A stretch of 10,489 bases of DNA from Parachlamydiales bacterium (GTDB lineage Bacteria; Chlamydiota; Chlamydiia; Chlamydiales; JAJFMK01): NCBI GenBank assembly GCA_963765145.1, contig CAVXVG010000034.1:1-10489 (forward strand), given 5' to 3'. The translations under genes and the position numbers were made by a program. The notes beneath the pieces are model-generated. The model was not told the origin of the DNA. It saw nothing but the letters and a program-made list of their open reading frames with translations, and searched no databases. Shown here in pieces: positions 7,357 to 10,489 of the stretch (positions within the stretch are counted from its first letter, which is position 1; every line of letters begins with the position of its first letter).

Positions 7357-7698
7357 AACTCCGAATCACGAGAACAGTACCTTTGTAATTGAAACTTAAT
7401 TTCATTTTTACAATTTTATTCACATAGTTTTGATACAACTCCTGCATGACGATGGGAAATTCTTTACATATTGGCCCTAGGCCAATGACAATGACCGAAA
7501 GAGAGCAAATGTTCTCAACGCTGACCATTTTAGGATTTCCCGTTTTGGATAGAGTCCTATAAAGCGTTTGGCGGTTGAGAGAGGATTCTTTAGATAAGGG
7601 TTTTGTGCAATATTAAGAACTTCTATGAGTGGAGTGTTGAACAACGAAAGCAATTAATGCCAGGAAAAGGGGCATTAGGAATAAAATAACAAGTCAGC

Positions 7699-8559
7699 AT
7701 GGAAGTAGTGATGAATCACGATTGTTGCTTTGACGAGACCGAGCTCACAGAAATCCCTCAAGAGCTCGACTATGACATTAAAAGGTTTAGCGCCTACAAA
7801 AACAAGCTGAGGGCTATCCCTGAGTATTTTTTCAACTTGACCAAGTTAGAAAGGCTCAATATCAGCGTCAACCACCTATCATATCTTTCAGATAGCATTG
7901 GCCATCTGAAAAGATTGCAAGTGCTGGATGTCAATCACAACGCATTAGCCTCTTTACCAGAGTCCATCGGCAACCTTCGCTCACTCCAGTTTCTCTATCT
8001 AGCTGGGAACCGCCTTACAACATTACCCGCGTCCATCAGAAATCTCAAAAATCTGATCTATTTGAACATCGCACAAAACGACTTCGAATCGGTTCCTGAA
8101 TGTATCGGGGGCATGGACAACCTCATCGAACTAAGGATATATAACAATCGTCTCCTCTCTATTCCAAACACAATAGGCCAACTTCTGAACTTACGAGAGT
8201 TACATGCCATGAACAATAAGATCAGCACTCTTCCTGATTCTATTGGCCAGCTTCGTCATTTAAGAAAATTGATGCTCGAGAATAATGAAATTAAAACATT
8301 GCCAGAAAGCCTTGGCCAATTAGAAAGCCTGACCGACTTAGATTTAAGATCCAACCGGCTCCTTTTCCTTCCTGAAACGATAGGTCATTTGAAATCCCTT
8401 CGCTTTTTAGATTTAAGAGACAACAACCTCTCAAGCCTACCTTCAAACCTACTCAACTTAACCAACCTAGAGAGACTAGATGTAAGACTGAATAAGTGCC
8501 TTGCCATCCCCTCCTGGTTCCAAGAGCTTGAAAAACGTGGATGCACTGTTTTTTATTAA
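7699..8559 (+). CDS. Leucine-rich repeat protein (about 10 regular 23-aa repeats plus one degenerate repeat)
   Basis: Repeated LPxSIGxLxxLxxLxLxxNxLxx units. No signal peptide or effector domain. The start may be ATG 7711. Confidence 0.92.
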   Translation: MEVVMNHDCCFDETELTEIPQELDYDIKRFSAYKNKLRAIPEYFFNLTKLERLNISVNHLSYLSDSIGHLKRLQVLDVNHNALASLPESIGNLRSLQFLYLAGNRLTTLPASIRNLKNLIYLNIAQNDFESVPECIGGMDNLIELRIYNNRLLSIPNTIGQLLNLRELHAMNNKISTLPDSIGQLRHLRKLMLENNEIKTLPESLGQLESLTDLDLRSNRLLFLPETIGHLKSLRFLDLRDNNLSSLPSNLLNLTNLERLDVRLNKCLAIPSWFQELEKRGCTVFY

Positions 8560-8570
8560 ATCTCTCCGAA

Positions 8571-8696
8571 TCAATCGACCATTTCATAACGCAATTGTAC
8601 CAACCCGCTTGGGTAGGATGAAGTGGACACCAATCGGCAAATTTGCTCCCGATCAATCACATTGAATAGAGGAATGCCTGAACCCAGAATAAATGG
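8571..8696 (-). pseudogene. C-terminal fragment of a RibD_C / dihydrofolate-reductase-like protein
   Basis: Manual translation PFILGSGIPLFNVIDREQICRLVSTSSYPSGLVQLRYEMVD* matches the P.LLG.GIPLF...SGLVQL.Y terminal motif. It is not in the ORF track. Confidence 0.75.
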
Positions 8697-8852
8697 GGAT
8701 TCCCGTTCCGGCGAGGCTTCTTTTCGATCTCTGAAGAGGATTTCAACCTTATTTCACAACAGATGCTGTAGTTTTTTAAGTGACAGATCCTTTCTGGCAG
8801 ATGCGAAGGTAGCAAGAGCGCTTAAAAAAGAAAAATGAAAGAGGTTGGTTCT

Positions 8853-9086
8853 CTAGATTCTGCGATGGCTATCCCATGCGGAAACTAAATGAATTTTTCC
8901 TCCTCTAGCAGCACCCTTGATGTGTTTGCCATCAATTGCTATCAGCTTCTCTTTCTCTTTATCAGGCAATGACTGAATCCAATTGATCAATGATCTTTCA
9001 AGTTGTTTTGGGTTTAGCCTCGTCAATAACCACCAAAATACGTCGTAGCTTGGCGCTTCCTCCATTTTCAGAATGCGCTGGAACAT
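8853..9086 (-). mobile_element. Internal fragment of an ISAs1-family transposase
   Basis: PSYDVF..LL.RLNP..L......W and IAIDGK.IKG....IHLVSAW motifs. Both ends of the transposase are missing. Confidence 0.85.
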
Positions 9087-9304
9087 ACTGTCATGTTTTT
9101 CGTTTCACCAGACCCGATCTCTTGGATAATGATAGGAGAAACGCCGGCAGCAGCGGCTAGCCGTCTAACAGAAATCTCATCCTTTTCCTTGAATGCTAGA
9201 ATGAGTTCGGAGAGCAAAAGAGCTTTGTATCCTTCTTCGAAAGGAGCTCTTTGCTCTTTGTCCTCCATGAACTCTTCAAAGCTGGATTTAGCCTTATTCT
9301 TCAT
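9068..9304 (-). pseudogene. 3'-truncated XRE HTH protein, paralog of 6074-6394
   Basis: EEFMEDKEQ...LLLSELILA...SVRRLAAAAGVSPIIIQ..SGE.KN.TV aligns with the paralog. Similarity stops at about 9087, where ISAs1 sequence begins. Confidence 0.78.
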
Positions 9305-9341
9305 AGTAACTCCCCTCTTTCACCAAGGTTCGTTATTCCAG

Positions 9342-9722
9342 TTAAGCTGACATGCGCAATTGGTTGAAAGACCTTTCTGATACATGAATGCTTGGAGGCA
9401 CTGTCTTCGGTTTATGCGGTTTTGTGGTGATTTCGATGTCAAAGCCAAGTGACATAACCAATTTCAACAAACGTTCAATTGAAAATTCAGACAGAAGTCC
9501 ACGAACAATTTTAGAGACTTTAGGTTGATCAATGCCCATTAATGCAGCTGCCTCTTGCTGTGTCATACCCCTTCGTTGAATGATATTAGTGATCAACATC
9601 GCAAGCTCGGCTTTTGCTTTTGCATCTTCTGGATTTGGGAGCCCAAAATCTGCATAGACATTCCCTGATCCAACAGTGAACTCAATCTCTTCAGACTTAT
9701 TTTTTGGATTTCTTTTTACCAT
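9342..9722 (-). CDS. XRE-family HTH antitoxin (HigA/HTH_37-like)
   Basis: GSGNVYADFGLPNPE, then HTH MTQQEAAALMGIDQPKVSKIVRG..FSIERL. Lies downstream of the RelE-like toxin. Confidence 0.85.
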   Translation of the reverse strand: MVKRNPKNKSEEIEFTVGSGNVYADFGLPNPEDAKAKAELAMLITNIIQRRGMTQQEAAALMGIDQPKVSKIVRGLLSEFSIERLLKLVMSLGFDIEITTKPHKPKTVPPSIHVSERSFNQLRMSA

Positions 9723-10077
9723 AATGTTCCTTATACAGGGCCTCCGCCCACTTTAATCTACTTTTTATTAGATCAACGTCTTCTTTAGGTGTTGCAATCC
9801 CCTTTTTACTTTTTTTCTGGAAGACATGTAGCACGTAAATCACTTCTTCAAAACGCACCGTATAAACTTCTCTATATGTGTCGCCTCGATAATCTCCAAC
9901 AACTTCCAAAACGGTACGCCCATGAAATCCTGTCAGTGGCTTAGCATCTTCGTGCTGGCCTCCATTGACTGCGACATCTAATGCATAAGCAAATAGCTCT
10001 TGGACTTCTGCCGGAAGTTTACGCGCGTCCTTTTGAGAAGACCCTAGGTAGATAATTTGTCGTTTTGTACCTTCCAT
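9697..10077 (-). CDS. RelE/ParE-superfamily toxin, Gp49-like/HigB type
   Basis: Motifs KPLTGF, VLEV..DYRGDTYR.VYTVRF..VIYVLHVFQKKSKKGIATPK.D.DLIK.RLK. The likely start is ATG 10077; the ORF-track TTG at 10113 coincides with the -35 box. Confidence 0.88.
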   Translation of the reverse strand: MEGTKRQIIYLGSSQKDARKLPAEVQELFAYALDVAVNGGQHEDAKPLTGFHGRTVLEVVGDYRGDTYREVYTVRFEEVIYVLHVFQKKSKKGIATPKEDVDLIKSRLKWAEALYKEHYGKKKSKK

Positions 10078-10084
10078 TAATCTC

Positions 10085-10113
10085 ATCATGCCAGCAGTGG
10101 CATAATTAAGCAA
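10085..10113 (-). promoter_or_regulatory. Promoter and operator of the RelE/XRE TA operon
   Basis: TTGCTT, 17-nt spacer, (TGG)CATGAT. Perfect inverted repeat ATGCCA-GCAG-TGGCAT at 10088-10103. Confidence 0.65.
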
Positions 10114-10173
10114 TAGACCCTACCCACCAAATGCCTCTAAAAAAAGAAATCGAGGGAGAGAAAGGCCTCTTGA

Positions 10174-10292
10174 GAGGATTTGTCACAAATCTCTCACAGT
10201 AACGAGCCAAAACGAACTGTTCTGGACGAAAAGGGACAACAAACATAAAATCCCAAGCTGCAAAGGATAAGTATGTTAAATACTGTCAGTTG
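10174..10292 (+). repeat. 119-bp direct repeat, copy 2; putative att arm region upstream of the tRNA fragment
   Basis: 112/119 identical to 7126-7244. Confidence 0.92.
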
Positions 10293-10316
10293 CTGTCCCT
10301 TTTTGGGTGTTGAGCT

Positions 10317-10359
10317 ATCATAATCCCTCGAGTCGTTGGTTCAAGTCCGACTGCCGCTA
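10317..10359 (+). pseudogene. 3' fragment of a tRNA(CAT) gene; att-core-like remnant
   Basis: ATCATAATCC, T-arm GTTGG-TTCAAGT-CCGAC, and 3' acceptor strand TGCCGCT-A. The 5' half is absent. Confidence 0.82.
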
Positions 10360-10416
10360 AAAATTCCCTTTAATTCCGCAACGCGTTTGGTGCTAAACTC
10401 CTGTTTATCTTTCACT

Positions 10417-10429
10417 TATCAAAAAATTA
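10417..10429 (+). promoter_or_regulatory. IHF consensus site
   Basis: TATCAAAAAATTA matches WATCAANNNNTTR exactly, about 60 bp from the tRNA-fragment core. Confidence 0.45.
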
Positions 10430-10489
10430 AAGCACAGCAGAATTTTCAAGCCCGATGGGAGAATCACCTCAAGAACAAGACCAAATGGT

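Larger units (their letters stand above)
558..10316. mobile_element. Putative tRNA-targeted genomic island or segment of a tandem island array, degenerate; no integrase inside the window
   Basis: Bounded by direct-repeat tRNA 3' fragments. Cargo includes TA modules, an IS fragment, gene remnants and a RiPP operon. Confidence 0.6.

Noticed and set aside
7446..7562. 38-aa ORF MTMGNSLHIG... as a second peptide gene
   Set aside because: No RBS, no triceptide-like motif, and no link to the operon.
756..9350. Short antisense or nested ORFs (756, 1213, 2113, 2151, 3562, 3917, 4023, 5936, 6144, 6486, 8453, 8623, 9093)
   Set aside because: Most overlap better-supported genes or remnants, and none has a recognisable motif. 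The similarity between the 6144 and 9093 ORFs only mirrors the HTH paralogs.
10254..10281. dif-like site (GTATGTTAAAT resembles the XerD arm; also near 7223-7233)
   Set aside because: The matching XerC arm is poor, so it is not supportable without a host dif consensus.

Overview
An accessory, integration-hotspot region of about 10 kb. It is bracketed by two direct-repeat 3' fragments of a tRNA(CAT) gene (512-557 and 10317-10359) with att-like flanks. The main cargo is a five-gene minus-strand RiPP operon (1069-5777). It encodes a triceptide-type precursor (core YDRMYHTHNRG), a fused radical SAM/SPASM plus aKG-HExxH cyclophane-forming enzyme (YhhB-like), a UPF0489/peptide-arginase-like protein, a 2OG-Fe(II) oxygenase (YhhC-like) and a DUF483-like Cys/His protein. 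No protease or transporter is visible. The rest holds two type II TA modules (HicAB; Gp49/HigB-like RelE plus XRE), each followed by a paralogous HTH gene and each with an apparently leaderless, operator-overlapped promoter. There is also a 23-residue-periodic LRR protein and several gene remnants (RidA, RibD_C/DHFR-like, ISAs1, and a frameshifted excisionase-like gene). An environmental Chlamydiales host is suggested but is only inference. All family calls come from motif recognition by eye, not database searches.
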